DNA of 64,000 bases from an uncultured Solirubrobacterales bacterium (GCA_963849215.1 CAWKGR010000002.1:21662-85661), one strand, 5' to 3'. Shown: positions 8,502-17,627, counted from the first letter of the stretch. Notes: generated from the letters alone by a model not told the origin. Program-made: numbers and translations.

Positions 8502-9081
8502 ATCCTTCACCGGCCACTCGGCCGTAACGGAGTTGCCTCGGCCCTTCACCAAACGCCTAGCACGCGCAGGGGCCGGGGTAGCTCCCGTTTTTTGGGGGAA
8601 GATCACAGTCATGTGGTGCCAATCCGGTCGAGCTTGGATCACCAGCCGATCCATACGCACGCCGCGTTTGGCGGCCTTTACGTGCTCGCTACGACTATGT
8701 GTTGTCTTGTCCTGCTTTTGTCCGCTGCTGGCCGAAGGTGTCCGCTGCTGTCCGACATAGTAGCGACCCGTCGGACGGAAAAAGCGCGCGCGCGCTTTTG
8801 AGGTCCCAAAACGCCTGCAAAAAGCCTGTTTCCAGGGGCTATTCCGGACATAATCCGAACAACCGTCACTGTGACGCTTGTTGTTTCTGACTCCTGCGCC
8901 GATGCGGGAGTGATCGACCCGTTCGCTGGGGTCGGGAGACTCAAGATCAGTAGTTTGGGACGACAAGGCGATAGGCGGCTTATACAGTGATGGCATATAT
9001 GTGATGGACGTCACACAAACATGCGTTCGTGTGGTGCATGATTCTTCTCGACCCGAAGTACAGCAGCATCCCTCCTCCCCG

Positions 9082-9110
9082 AAACGGCCCGCCTCCCCAG
9101 CGGGTCGTTT
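9082..9110. terminator. Probable bidirectional terminator downstream of dxs
   Basis: AAACGGCCCGC...GCGGGTCGTTT stem-loop. Confidence 0.6.
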
Positions 9111-9138
9111 GATTAACCCCTCCAAACCATTTACGGAC

Positions 9139-9210
9139 GACAGGGCCGCATGCGGCCCTGTCCCTGACCGTGCATGCACGGTCAGGCCGACCGGCACATG
9201 TGCCGGTCGG
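9139..9210. repeat. Three abutting perfect 24-bp palindromes, each centred on CATG
   Basis: GACAGGGCCGCATGCGGCCCTGTC | CCTGACCGTGCATGCACGGTCAGG | CCGACCGGCACATGTGCCGGTCGG. Confidence 0.95.
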
Positions 9211-9286
9211 TACAGAGACTGAGAAGCAGATCACGGTCGAGCCGCCCGGCACCTGTGTCACCCGGAACAGAGGAACAGTTATTCGG

Positions 9287-11365
9287 CTAGACGACAAGCG
9301 CCGATTCGCGCGCGAGGATCGCGGCCTCGATGCGCTCGGCGATTCGCGCGCCGGTGAAGCCCACCTCCTCGTGCAGCAGCGCGGGCTTGCCGTGCGTCAC
9401 GTAACGATCCGGCAAACCCACGCGCAGGATGCGCGGCGGCGCGGTACCGGCCTCGTTAAGGGTCTCCCACACAGCCGAGCCGAACCCACCAGCGAGCACG
9501 CCCTCCTCGACGGTCACCAGCAGATCGTGCTCGGCCGCGAGCTGGGCTATCAGGCCCGCGTCGATCGGCTTGGCGAAACGCGCGTCGGCGACCGTCGCGG
9601 CGATCCCGCGCGCCACCAGCAGCGTCGCGGCCTCGAGCGCCTTGCCGACACCGCTGCCGTAGCCGATCAGCGCGACGCGCCTGCCGGGCGCGGCGGGCGC
9701 GGCTGCAGGGGGGGAGTCGATCAGGATCTCCCCGGAGCCGATCGCGATTGCGCGCGGCTGCTCGGGCAGCGGCACGCCGGTCCCCTCGCCGCGCGGATAG
9801 CGCAACGCGACCGGCCCGTCGTCATAGCTGAGCGCCGTGTGCAGCATGTGCACCAGCATCGCCTCATCGCGCGGCGCCATCAGCACGATGTTCGGCAGGC
9901 ACCGCAGATACGCGATGTCGAAGATGCCGTGATGGGTGGGGCCGTCGTCTCCCACCAGCCCAGCGCGGTCCATCGCGAACACGACGTTCAGCTTCTGCAG
10001 GCACACATCGTGGACTATCTGGTCAAACGCCCTCTGCAGGAAGGTCGAGTAGATCGCCGCGACCGGCTTGACCCCCTCAAGCGCCAAACCCGCGGCGAAC
10101 AGGATCGCCTGCTGCTCGGCGATGCCCACATCGAAGTAGCGATCCGGCATCGCCTTCTGCAGGATGTTGAGGCCCGTGCCTGAGTTCATCGCGGCGGTGA
10201 TGCCCACGATGCGCCCGTCGCGTTCGCACTCGCGCACCAGCGCATCGCCGAACACCTGCGTGTATTGAAGAGCCCGCCCACCCGCCGCCCCAGCGGTGGT
10301 GGGCTTGCCGTTCTCGGTGGAAGACGACGCGGCGGGCGGGCGAGTGGGCGGGCCGGTGGGCACACCGTTCAAGATCGACTTCGGCTTGGCCGCGTGCCAC
10401 TTCTCCATCCCCTCCAGGCCACCATCCTCGGCGGGCGCGAACCCCTTGCCCTTGACCGTCGCGATGTGCACCACCACCGGGCGTTCCGCCGCCAGCGCCT
10501 CGCGCAACGCCACGCGCAACGCACGCACGTCGTGCCCATCGATCACCCCCATGTAGGCCCAGTCGAGCTCCTCCCACCACAGCCCCGGCGCCCAGAATGC
10601 CTTGATCGACTCCTTCAGCTGTGGCCCCAGCCGTTCGAAAGCCGACCCGATGCCGCCCGGCAGGCGCGTGAGGCCCCCCTCCACACCCGAGCGCGCGTGC
10701 CACAGCTTCGGGCTGAGGCGGACCCGGTTGAAATAGCGCGACAGCGCCCCCACGTTGGGGGCGATCGACATGCCGTTGTCGTTGAGCACCACCACCATCG
10801 GGGTGCCGAGCCCACCCGCCTGGCCGATCGCCTCGAACGCCACCCCCCCGGTCATGGCCCCGTCGCCGATCACCGCCACCACCTTGCCGTTGGCCGACTG
10901 CTCACCGCCTGCGCCTTTGGTGAGATGGCGCATCCCCTCCTTGATCCCCACCGCATACCCCACCGAGGTGGAGGCGTGCCCAGCCCCCATGATGTCGTGC
11001 TCGGACTCCTCGCGCGAGCAGAACGGCGCGAGCCCCCCGTACTGACGGATCGTGTGCAGCTCTGAGCGCCGACCCGTCAGAATCTTGTGCGGGTAGGCCT
11101 GGTGGCCCACGTCCCACAGGATCTTGTCGCGCGGAGAATCCAGTAGCGAATGCAGCGCCACCGCAAGCTCGCAGGTGCCGAGGTTCGCGCCGAAGTGCCC
11201 ACCGATCTCCCCGACGGTGTCGATGATGTACTCGCGAACCTCCTGGGCGAGCTGCGCCAACTGCTCCTCTGAGAGCGCACGCACGTCCGCGGGACCGTCG
11301 ATCCCCCCCAACAGCGACCCGTCGTGCTCGGGGGTGTCTCCGCGGTCTTTTGACGGCGAGCTCAT
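9287..11365 (-). CDS. dxs: 1-deoxy-D-xylulose-5-phosphate synthase
   Basis: GGHFGANLG, WDVGHQAYPHKILTGR, GDGAMTGG and FDVGIAEQ motifs. Confidence 0.97.
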   Translation of the reverse strand: MSSPSKDRGDTPEHDGSLLGGIDGPADVRALSEEQLAQLAQEVREYIIDTVGEIGGHFGANLGTCELAVALHSLLDSPRDKILWDVGHQAYPHKILTGRRSELHTIRQYGGLAPFCSREESEHDIMGAGHASTSVGYAVGIKEGMRHLTKGAGGEQSANGKVVAVIGDGAMTGGVAFEAIGQAGGLGTPMVVVLNDNGMSIAPNVGALSRYFNRVRLSPKLWHARSGVEGGLTRLPGGIGSAFERLGPQLKESIKAFWAPGLWWEELDWAYMGVIDGHDVRALRVALREALAAERPVVVHIATVKGKGFAPAEDGGLEGMEKWHAAKPKSILNGVPTGPPTRPPAASSSTENGKPTTAGAAGGRALQYTQVFGDALVRECERDGRIVGITAAMNSGTGLNILQKAMPDRYFDVGIAEQQAILFAAGLALEGVKPVAAIYSTFLQRAFDQIVHDVCLQKLNVVFAMDRAGLVGDDGPTHHGIFDIAYLRCLPNIVLMAPRDEAMLVHMLHTALSYDDGPVALRYPRGEGTGVPLPEQPRAIAIGSGEILIDSPPAAAPAAPGRRVALIGYGSGVGKALEAATLLVARGIAATVADARFAKPIDAGLIAQLAAEHDLLVTVEEGVLAGGFGSAVWETLNEAGTAPPRILRVGLPDRYVTHGKPALLHEEVGFTGARIAERIEAAILARESALVV

Positions 11366-11414
11366 ACGCGGCGCGCACTCCCCACAAGATCGCTTGCTGT
11401 TTGCGTTTTGGCTC

Positions 11415-12332
11415 TCAAGATGTCCGTGTGTAGATGAAGTCTGTGATCTGCCCCAGCTCAGCCGCCGACTCTGGGAGGGCGGGGCCCCCACCGGGCGGGT
11501 AAGACGCCCCCAGAGCGGCTTGCGCAAGAGCCTCCCGAGCGGTCCGGTGAGACTCCGACGCCAGCTCCCTGGCGCGGTCGATGCCGAACTCGCTCACATA
11601 TGTCCGCTTGCCGTGCCTCTCATCGCTACCTCGCGGCTTCCCGAGCGCCTCGGCGGTGCCGGTCACGTCCAGGATGTCGTCAACAATCTGAAACAGCACA
11701 CCGAGCTCCGTCGCGAAACGCCGGTAAGCAATTGTCGCAGGTCCGCGCACGTCGGCCAAGAACAGTACGCACAACACCGATGCGCCGATCAGTCGACCGG
11801 TCTTCAGCTCGTGCAGTCTGCGCAGCCCATCCGGACCAGCGGGCGCGCTCGCACGCATGTCCACGTACTGCCCCCCCACCATCCCATTCACGCCGGTGGC
11901 CCCCGCCAGCTCCACGGCCGCCTCGATCATCCGTTCGGGCGCCGAGAGCGAGGGCGCAAGCAGATGGTGGAACGCCTCCGCATACAGCCCATCGCCGGCC
12001 AGGATCGCGACGTCCTCGCCAAACTCCACATGACACGTCGGTCGCCCGCGGCGCAGATCGTCGTCGTCCATCGCCGGCAGATCGTCGTGGATCAACGAAT
12101 ACGTGTGGATCAGCTCCAGCGCCGCCGCCAACGGCATCACCTCCTGGCGTCGAAGACCCACGGCTCGCGCTGTGGCAAGCGCCAGCACCGGTCGTATGCG
12201 CTTCCCACCCGCCAGCAGCGAGTAGCGCATCGCCTCCTCCAACCCAGAGGTCAGCGCGGCCTCGGAGAAGCGCATCGACTCCAGGTAGCGCTCCACCTCC
12301 TCGCGCAGGTGCTCCGGATAGGCTGTCTCCAC
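11415..12332 (-). CDS. ispA: Polyprenyl diphosphate synthase
   Basis: GGKRIRP, SLIHDDLPAMDDDDLRRG and FQIVDDILD motifs. Confidence 0.95.
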   Translation of the reverse strand: METAYPEHLREEVERYLESMRFSEAALTSGLEEAMRYSLLAGGKRIRPVLALATARAVGLRRQEVMPLAAALELIHTYSLIHDDLPAMDDDDLRRGRPTCHVEFGEDVAILAGDGLYAEAFHHLLAPSLSAPERMIEAAVELAGATGVNGMVGGQYVDMRASAPAGPDGLRRLHELKTGRLIGASVLCVLFLADVRGPATIAYRRFATELGVLFQIVDDILDVTGTAEALGKPRGSDERHGKRTYVSEFGIDRARELASESHRTAREALAQAALGASYPPGGGPALPESAAELGQITDFIYTRTS

Positions 12333-12347
12333 GAGCCCCGTGCCCGG

Positions 12348-12551
12348 TTAGAGGAGCGAGTCCTGGCCCGGAATGGGCTGTGAGACCTCGGCGCGGGCCT
12401 GACGCTCGAGCTCGGAGCTGGCCTGCGTGGCCAGCGCCGCGCAATCCTCAACCATTGTGGCGGCAGCATCGGAGGACAGCTCACCCGAGCGCAGCTGCTC
12501 CGCGGCGCGCTCCAGCTGCTCGATGAGGTCGTCGATCCGCTCCAGGCTCAT
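12348..12551 (-). CDS. xseB: Exodeoxyribonuclease VII small subunit-like protein
   Basis: 67-aa helical protein ('LERAAEQLRSGELS') in the usual position upstream of ispA. Confidence 0.65.
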   Translation of the reverse strand: MSLERIDDLIEQLERAAEQLRSGELSSDAAATMVEDCAALATQASSELERQARAEVSQPIPGQDSLL

Positions 12552-12557
12552 GTGTGC

Positions 12558-12959
12558 TCACGCATTCTGTCGCACCTCGCGCAGAACCGCCCCCAGCACG
12601 CCGTTGACGAATGCCGGAGCGTCGCTACCGCAGAACGTCTTGGCGCTCTCCAGCGCCTCCTCGATCGCGCCCTCGGCAGGGATCGGGGTGTCGCCCGGCG
12701 CCACGTCGGGGTGCAGCATCTCGATCAGCGCCACCCGCATGATGCTGCGCTCCAGCGGTTGGATGCGTTGCACCGACCAGCCGTGAGAGTGGCGGTCGAT
12801 CACCTCGTCGAGCTCCAGCGCACGGTCGGCCGCCGCGTGCGCGAGCGCTCGTGTCAGCAGCGACGCATTCCCGCCCAGCGTGTCGGCCAGCGGTCTGCCG
12901 GTGAGGTCATTCTGGTAGAGCGCGAAAACTGCCGCCCGGCGCTGCTCGGAGCGGCGCAT
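12558..12959 (-). CDS. nusB: Transcription antitermination factor NusB
   Basis: Arg-rich N-terminus with ALYQ, and FVNGVLG; follows efp. Confidence 0.93.
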   Translation of the reverse strand: MRRSEQRRAAVFALYQNDLTGRPLADTLGGNASLLTRALAHAAADRALELDEVIDRHSHGWSVQRIQPLERSIMRVALIEMLHPDVAPGDTPIPAEGAIEEALESAKTFCGSDAPAFVNGVLGAVLREVRQNA

Positions 12960-12965
12960 GCTCGG

Positions 12966-13529
12966 TCAGGCCCGCGAAACGTATTCGCCGCTGCGCGTGT
13001 CCACGCGGATCTTCTGCCCCACCTCGACAAACAGCGGGACCTGGATCACAGCGCCCGTCTCGAGCGTCGCGGGCTTGTTCCCGCCACCAGAAGCCGTATC
13101 CCCCCGCAACCCCGGCTCGGTCTGCGTGACCTCCAGGTCCACCCCGCTCGGCAGCTGGATGTCGGAGGGCTCATCGTCGATGAACAGCACATCCACCTCG
13201 CTGCTCGGCGTGGTCCAACGCAGCGCCTCGGCGACGCTCGACTCGGGCACCGCGATCTGTTCGAAAGACTGGCTGTCCATGAAGTGCGCGTCGGTGCCGT
13301 CGGCGTAGAGGAACTGCATCTTGCGCGCCTCGGTGCGCACCGGACGGAACTTCTCCCCAGCGCGGAATGTACGGTCGATCGCCGCGCCATCGGAGACCCT
13401 ACGCAGCTTTGTGCGCACGAACGCCCCACCCTTCCCCGGCTTCACATGCTGGAACTCGATGATCTTGAAGACCACCCCATCGACGTCGATGTGGTTGCCG
13501 TTCTTGAACTGGTTTGTCGTTATAGCCAC
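12966..13529 (-). CDS. efp: Elongation factor P (5' codons supplied by the integrated element)
   Basis: QHVKPGKGGAFVRTKL and GLRGDTASGG motifs. Confidence 0.97.
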   Translation of the reverse strand: MAITTNQFKNGNHIDVDGVVFKIIEFQHVKPGKGGAFVRTKLRRVSDGAAIDRTFRAGEKFRPVRTEARKMQFLYADGTDAHFMDSQSFEQIAVPESSVAEALRWTTPSSEVDVLFIDDEPSDIQLPSGVDLEVTQTEPGLRGDTASGGGNKPATLETGAVIQVPLFVEVGQKIRVDTRSGEYVSRA

Positions 13530-13562
13530 ATTGTCCTACTCTTGATGGAGGTGTCCAAGATC

Positions 13563-14954
13563 GTGCCCAAGCCCAGTCGTTTTGATGGATACATACGTGT
13601 CAGCCGAAGGATGGGCCGCAAGGGACCCGGCTATATCTCTCCGAGTGTCCAGAGAGAGGCTATCGCCCGCTGGGCAGAGTACCGGGGCGTAGAGATCGTC
13701 GCATGGCACGAGGACGAGGACGAGTCCGGCGGCACCCAGGACCGCCCCGGCCTACGTGAGGCGATCCGCCGCATCGAGGATCACGAGACCGAAGGCATCG
13801 CGTGCTGGCGACTCAACCGCTTCGCCCGCAACGTCGCTGGGGCGATCGAGGACATCAAGCACATCCAGGCCGTAGGTGGACACGTCGCGTTCGTCGAGGA
13901 GGACATCGACCCGACCGGGCCGTTCGGGTCGTTCATCCTCACAGTGCTGTTGGCGGTCTCCACGCTTGAGCGCGACAACATGGTGGTGGGCTGGCAGACG
14001 GCCAAGCGCCGTGCGATCGAGCGCGGCGCGAAGATCAGCCCTACCCCCTATGGCTACCTGCGCACGGATCACGGCAGGCTTGAGCCTCACCCCGACCAAG
14101 CGCCCCACGCAGTCGAGGCGTATCGCATCGCCGGCGCTCAGGACGTGAGCGCAGCTTGCGCATATCTCGTGGAGAACGCGTCGGGACGCAGATGGACCAC
14201 CGCCACGGTCCGCCGGATGCTGGCCAACCGTACCTACCTCGGTGAGAGCCGCAACGGCGCGGCGATCAACGCGGAGGCGCACGAGCCACTGGTGTCGCGT
14301 TCTATGTGGGAGGCCGCACAGCGCGAGCCCCGACACCGACGTGCGGCAGCGGCTTTCCCACTCTCCGGGCTGGCCCGTTGCGCGACGTGCGGCTCTCGGC
14401 TGGTGGGCAGCCGAGGTGGTCCGATGATCCGCACCTATCGCTGCGCCGCGACGCAGAGCCTCCGCCAGGGTGAGCGTTGCCCTCGCGGAGCGTTCGCCAA
14501 CGCAGAGCCGCTGGAGGAATATGTGCGCGAACAGTTGCGAACGCTTCTCTCAGGTCTGGAGGTGGAGATTGGCGAGGAGACCTCCGATGACCTCCGGGCG
14601 CTTGAGCAAGCAGTGCTCGACGCGGAGGGCGAGCTGGATGCGTTCGCGGCGGACATCACGCTCCGCCGTGCCCTCGGAGACCGCTACCACTCCCATCTGG
14701 AGGCCCGCATCCAGGCGTTGGAGGAGGCAAAGCGTGAATACAAGGACTTCGCGCGGGATCTACAGGTGCGCGAGCAGATCAGCGCCGCCGATCTGCTCAA
14801 CAGCGACGATCCGTTGATCCTGCCCGAGCTGCTAGGCGGCATCCTTGCCTCGATCGAGGTTCAGCCCGGACGCGGGAAACTCGCCAGTCGCGTCACGCTT
14901 GTTCCAGTGGGCGACGACGCGCCTGCCGGGATAGCGACGGCGCACGATGCGTAG
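13563..14954 (+). CDS. Large serine recombinase (integrase)
   Basis: GYIRVS catalytic motif, DEDESG, RLNRFAR, PYGY, Zn ribbon CATC...C and coiled coil. GGAGGT RBS before GTG 13563 (alternative ATG 13545). Confidence 0.93.
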   Translation: MPKPSRFDGYIRVSRRMGRKGPGYISPSVQREAIARWAEYRGVEIVAWHEDEDESGGTQDRPGLREAIRRIEDHETEGIACWRLNRFARNVAGAIEDIKHIQAVGGHVAFVEEDIDPTGPFGSFILTVLLAVSTLERDNMVVGWQTAKRRAIERGAKISPTPYGYLRTDHGRLEPHPDQAPHAVEAYRIAGAQDVSAACAYLVENASGRRWTTATVRRMLANRTYLGESRNGAAINAEAHEPLVSRSMWEAAQREPRHRRAAAAFPLSGLARCATCGSRLVGSRGGPMIRTYRCAATQSLRQGERCPRGAFANAEPLEEYVREQLRTLLSGLEVEIGEETSDDLRALEQAVLDAEGELDAFAADITLRRALGDRYHSHLEARIQALEEAKREYKDFARDLQVREQISAADLLNSDDPLILPELLGGILASIEVQPGRGKLASRVTLVPVGDDAPAGIATAHDA

Positions 14955-15041
14955 GACCGCATCCTCGGCTGCCGCACGAGCAGCTGGGCTCCACTCGACT
15001 GGTTGATGGTCGCGTACGGGTGTTCTTTTTGTCCTTCCCAC
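14832..15041 (-). CDS. Small basic protein antisense to the integrase 3' end (candidate directionality factor)
   Basis: 69-aa ORF from GTG 15041, directly downstream of a conserved promoter-like repeat. Function is inferred from position only. Confidence 0.4.
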   Translation of the reverse strand: MGRTKRTPVRDHQPVEWSPAARAAAEDAVLRIVRRRYPGRRVVAHWNKRDATGEFPASGLNLDRGKDAA

Positions 15042-15089
15042 ACAATTAATGACCGTGAGCACGCGAAAACGGCCATGTAGTTTGGTTTG

Positions 15090-15345
15090 GCCTGCTGGGC
15101 CCCAGTGATGTGCGGGCTGGTCGTCGGTTGCGGAGCCCGTCTCGGGCGCGGTGGCGTGACGGCTAGGTAGTGGTGTCCGGTGTCCCGTAGAGGGTGTGGC
15201 AGGCGACGGGATGACTCAAGTAAAACGGCTGGCCCCGGCTGTCGGGTGCCCTACGTTGGATTTGTCTCCCGCCGCCTGTCACGGACGCCGCCATGACTTC
15301 ATAGAAGCGTGCCTATTTGCTCGACATGGCTTTGTCTGGCGGTCT
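15090..15345 (+). ncRNA. IS110 bridge RNA (predicted; ends approximate)
   Basis: Two stem/internal-loop modules: one matches the target flanks (AAAACGGC 15222-15229; CGTTGG 15254-15259), the other the donor junction (ATAGAAGCGT 15301-15310; ACATGG 15324-15329). Confidence 0.8.
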
Positions 15346-15390
15346 CCACATCACACCAGCGCCAACCAGCAAATGAGGAGACCGGAATTG

Positions 15391-16407
15391 ATGATCGCAG
15401 TGGGCGTGGACACACACAAGCAGCAACACTATGCCGTCGCTCTGGACGGCCTCGGACAGGTCTTCGGGGAGATCGTGATCGCGAGCACCCTCGCCGGCTA
15501 CAGCCAGTTCATGTGCTGGCTCAGAGAACTCGGTGAGAGCGTTCTCGTCGGTATCGAGGGCGCCGGCAGCTACGGCGCCGGACTGTGCGAGTTCCTGCAA
15601 GCCGAGGAGATCGAAGTCTTCGAGGTCGAACGCCCACAACGACGTGAGCGTCGCGGCGGAAAGTCAGATCGCATCGACGCTCTGCTGGCCGCCAAGAAAG
15701 TCCTGACTCGCGAGGGACTCTCGACACCCAGAGGCTCCGGGAAGCGTTTGGCGCTGCAAATGCTGTTGGCTGGCTACCGCTCCATCGTCAGCGAGCGCTC
15801 CCGCCTCTACAACCAGCTACAGGCGCTGCAGGTCAGTGCGCCATATGCGTTGCGGGAACGGATCGGCCAAGCTCGCAACGGCGCAACGCTCGCCAACCGT
15901 CTCACAGGGATGCGCACACGGCCAACAGCGACCCAGCAGGAGAACTCGACCCTGCAGGTTCTCCGCGACATCGCCAACCGTGCTCGAGCGCTCGACGCAG
16001 AAGCCGAGAGCTACACCCACCAGATCGAGGAGATGGTCAACTCCCTCGCCCCGGCACTGCTGGAAGAACCTGGTGTCGGACCGATCTGCGCCGGCAAGCT
16101 CCTAGCGTTCAACCCATCACGGTTCACGAGCGAGGCAGCGTTCGCTCGCGCTAACGGCACCGCACCGCAACCAGCGTCCTCCGGCAAGACCGTCAGACAC
16201 CGTCTCAGCCGCGGAGGCGACCGACAAATCAACGCAGCGATCTACACGATCGCGCTCTCACGCTCAGTCCACCACCCGCCAAGCCGGGCATACATGCAAC
16301 GGCGCGTCACCGAAGGAAAGACCAAACGAGAGGCCATGCGCTCCCTCAAGCGACACCTCTCACGCCACCTCTACAAGCAACTCGCCAACACGCCCTTGAC
16401 AACATAG
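15391..16407 (+). CDS. IS110 family recombinase/transposase
   Basis: VGVDTHK, GIEGAGSYG, GKSDRIDA, PASSG and RLSRGGDRQIN motifs; GAGGAG RBS. Confidence 0.95.
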   Translation: MIAVGVDTHKQQHYAVALDGLGQVFGEIVIASTLAGYSQFMCWLRELGESVLVGIEGAGSYGAGLCEFLQAEEIEVFEVERPQRRERRGGKSDRIDALLAAKKVLTREGLSTPRGSGKRLALQMLLAGYRSIVSERSRLYNQLQALQVSAPYALRERIGQARNGATLANRLTGMRTRPTATQQENSTLQVLRDIANRARALDAEAESYTHQIEEMVNSLAPALLEEPGVGPICAGKLLAFNPSRFTSEAAFARANGTAPQPASSGKTVRHRLSRGGDRQINAAIYTIALSRSVHHPPSRAYMQRRVTEGKTKREAMRSLKRHLSRHLYKQLANTPLTT

Positions 16408-16475
16408 AAGCATCCAACGAATTGTCAGCCGCACTCCGCGAACACGTTCTTCCAAGACTGCCCAAACCGTCGTCC

Positions 16476-16952
16476 CTAATCGCTGGGAGCAGTCCACTGG
16501 CCGGGTTCCAGCGCTTCGTCCTCCGCGTCAACAAGCGCCAGCCCGAGCCCGGCGAGCAGGACGGAAAGCGCCTCTGCACGCGCAATCGTGGCGGGAGCCT
16601 TCGGTGGCTTGCCCTGCTTTGCTCGCTCCCGATCGACCTGCTCAGCCTCCTCGACCATGTCCTGGTGGATACACACCTGACTGCGCAGTGCGCTGAGCAA
16701 CACGCACTGGTGCTTGTCCATATCGACCTCTATGTCGATCGGCTTGGATGGTTCGCCCCAGCCAACCTCATCGAGTAGCGCTCGGACAGCATCGAACTTG
16801 GCCAGCGGCTCCTTGTACCACTCGGGATGCCGATGGCGACCATGCCTGTCGCTCACGCGTTCGATGTCTTGCGCTGCCCCACCAAGCTCGCTGTGGAGGC
16901 CCATGCGTAGGGATCGCACCAGCTCTGCGGGGATTCGGAACATGCGGCTCAT
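16476..16952 (-). CDS. Hypothetical protein
   Basis: 158 aa from ATG 16952 with AAGGAGG RBS; divergent from the XRE gene. Confidence 0.65.
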   Translation of the reverse strand: MSRMFRIPAELVRSLRMGLHSELGGAAQDIERVSDRHGRHRHPEWYKEPLAKFDAVRALLDEVGWGEPSKPIDIEVDMDKHQCVLLSALRSQVCIHQDMVEEAEQVDRERAKQGKPPKAPATIARAEALSVLLAGLGLALVDAEDEALEPGQWTAPSD

Positions 16953-17159
16953 CTCGGTTCCTCCTTGGGGTTGGAGGCCCAAGAGACGATCGGCCGAGGC
17001 AGCCACGCCTAGCTTGGTAGCGTGACCCGCGCGCCGGGAGTTCGTGCTCTCGGTGCCACGCCCCCGGCAGCTCCAACTGCGCGGGGGCACTTGATTTGTG
17101 CAGCAGAGGCTAGCACGAGAACCGGACCATAAATACCCTGGCGCTTTTGACCGCGCGCC

Positions 17160-17438
17160 GTGAGTGTTCCCGCCGTGAAGCGCAACCCCGAACCCACCGC
17201 CGAGCAAGACCAGCTCATCTTGGGCGATGCGCTACGTGCTCTGCGCAAGGCTGCGGGGATGACCCAGGAACAGCTCGCGGAACGATTGGGCGTCGATCCC
17301 ACGTTCGTCGGCCGTCTCGAGCGAGGCCAGCGCGGCGCACACTGGCGCACCATCCGCCGTATCCTCGCCGCACTCGACGCAAGCGTTAGCGACTTCGCCG
17401 CCGCCATCGACGCCGCCGAGCGCACGCAGCGGCTGTAG
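17160..17438 (+). CDS. XRE family HTH regulator
   Basis: 'LRALRKAAGMTQEQLAERLGVDPTFVGRLERG'. Confidence 0.92.
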   Translation: MSVPAVKRNPEPTAEQDQLILGDALRALRKAAGMTQEQLAERLGVDPTFVGRLERGQRGAHWRTIRRILAALDASVSDFAAAIDAAERTQRL

Positions 17439-17540
17439 CAAGCTCCGCGAGACTCCCGCCGCAGCCAACGTCTCCCCGTCGCCGTTTACGAAGTACAGAC
17501 TAGATGCACGCCCCCAAAGGGGGCCAGCTTTGGGTCTCAA

Positions 17541-17577
17541 AATTCGTTGGCCGCTTTGGGCCGCTCACGGTCATTAA
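17541..17577 (+). promoter_or_regulatory. Promoter/operator-like 37-bp motif, inverted copy of the IS110-interrupted site
   Basis: 32/37 identical to the reverse complement of 15046-15075 joined to 16417-16423. Confidence 0.7.
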
Positions 17578-17627
17578 CACCGAGGGCGCAAACAGCGTCC
17601 AAGACCAACGAGACGGGAGACGACACG

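Larger units (their letters stand above)
5582..9015. mobile_element. 3.4-kb inserted cassette bounded by a 19-bp direct repeat and inner inverted arms
   Basis: ATATGTGATGGACGTCACA at 5582-5600 and 8997-9015; arms 5596-5624 and 8976-9004 are inverted copies (26/29 identical); interrupts the dxs-tlyA adjacency. Confidence 0.75.
15073..16416 (+). mobile_element. IS110 family element
   Basis: CCA core at 15073-15075 and 16414-16416; joining the ends gives TTGACA-N17-TAGTTT; removing the element restores a 37-bp motif that has an inverted copy at 17541-17577. Confidence 0.88.

Noticed and set aside
8841-8870. TTATGTC on the minus strand, resembling a dif XerD arm
   Set aside because: No acceptable XerC arm at the 6-bp spacing.
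8229-9197. 322-aa minus-strand ORF
   Set aside because: No recognisable motifs; crosses the cassette boundary, hairpins and the palindrome array, so probably a high-GC chance ORF.
9170-12526. Several long plus-strand ORFs opposite dxs and ispA, and similar shadow ORFs elsewhere
   Set aside because: Antisense frames of well-conserved genes, expected at this GC content.
12552-13562. 800-aa ORF suggesting a long N-terminal extension on the serine recombinase
   Set aside because: The first ~335 codons are the antisense of nusB and efp; the recombinase has its own RBS and start at 13563.
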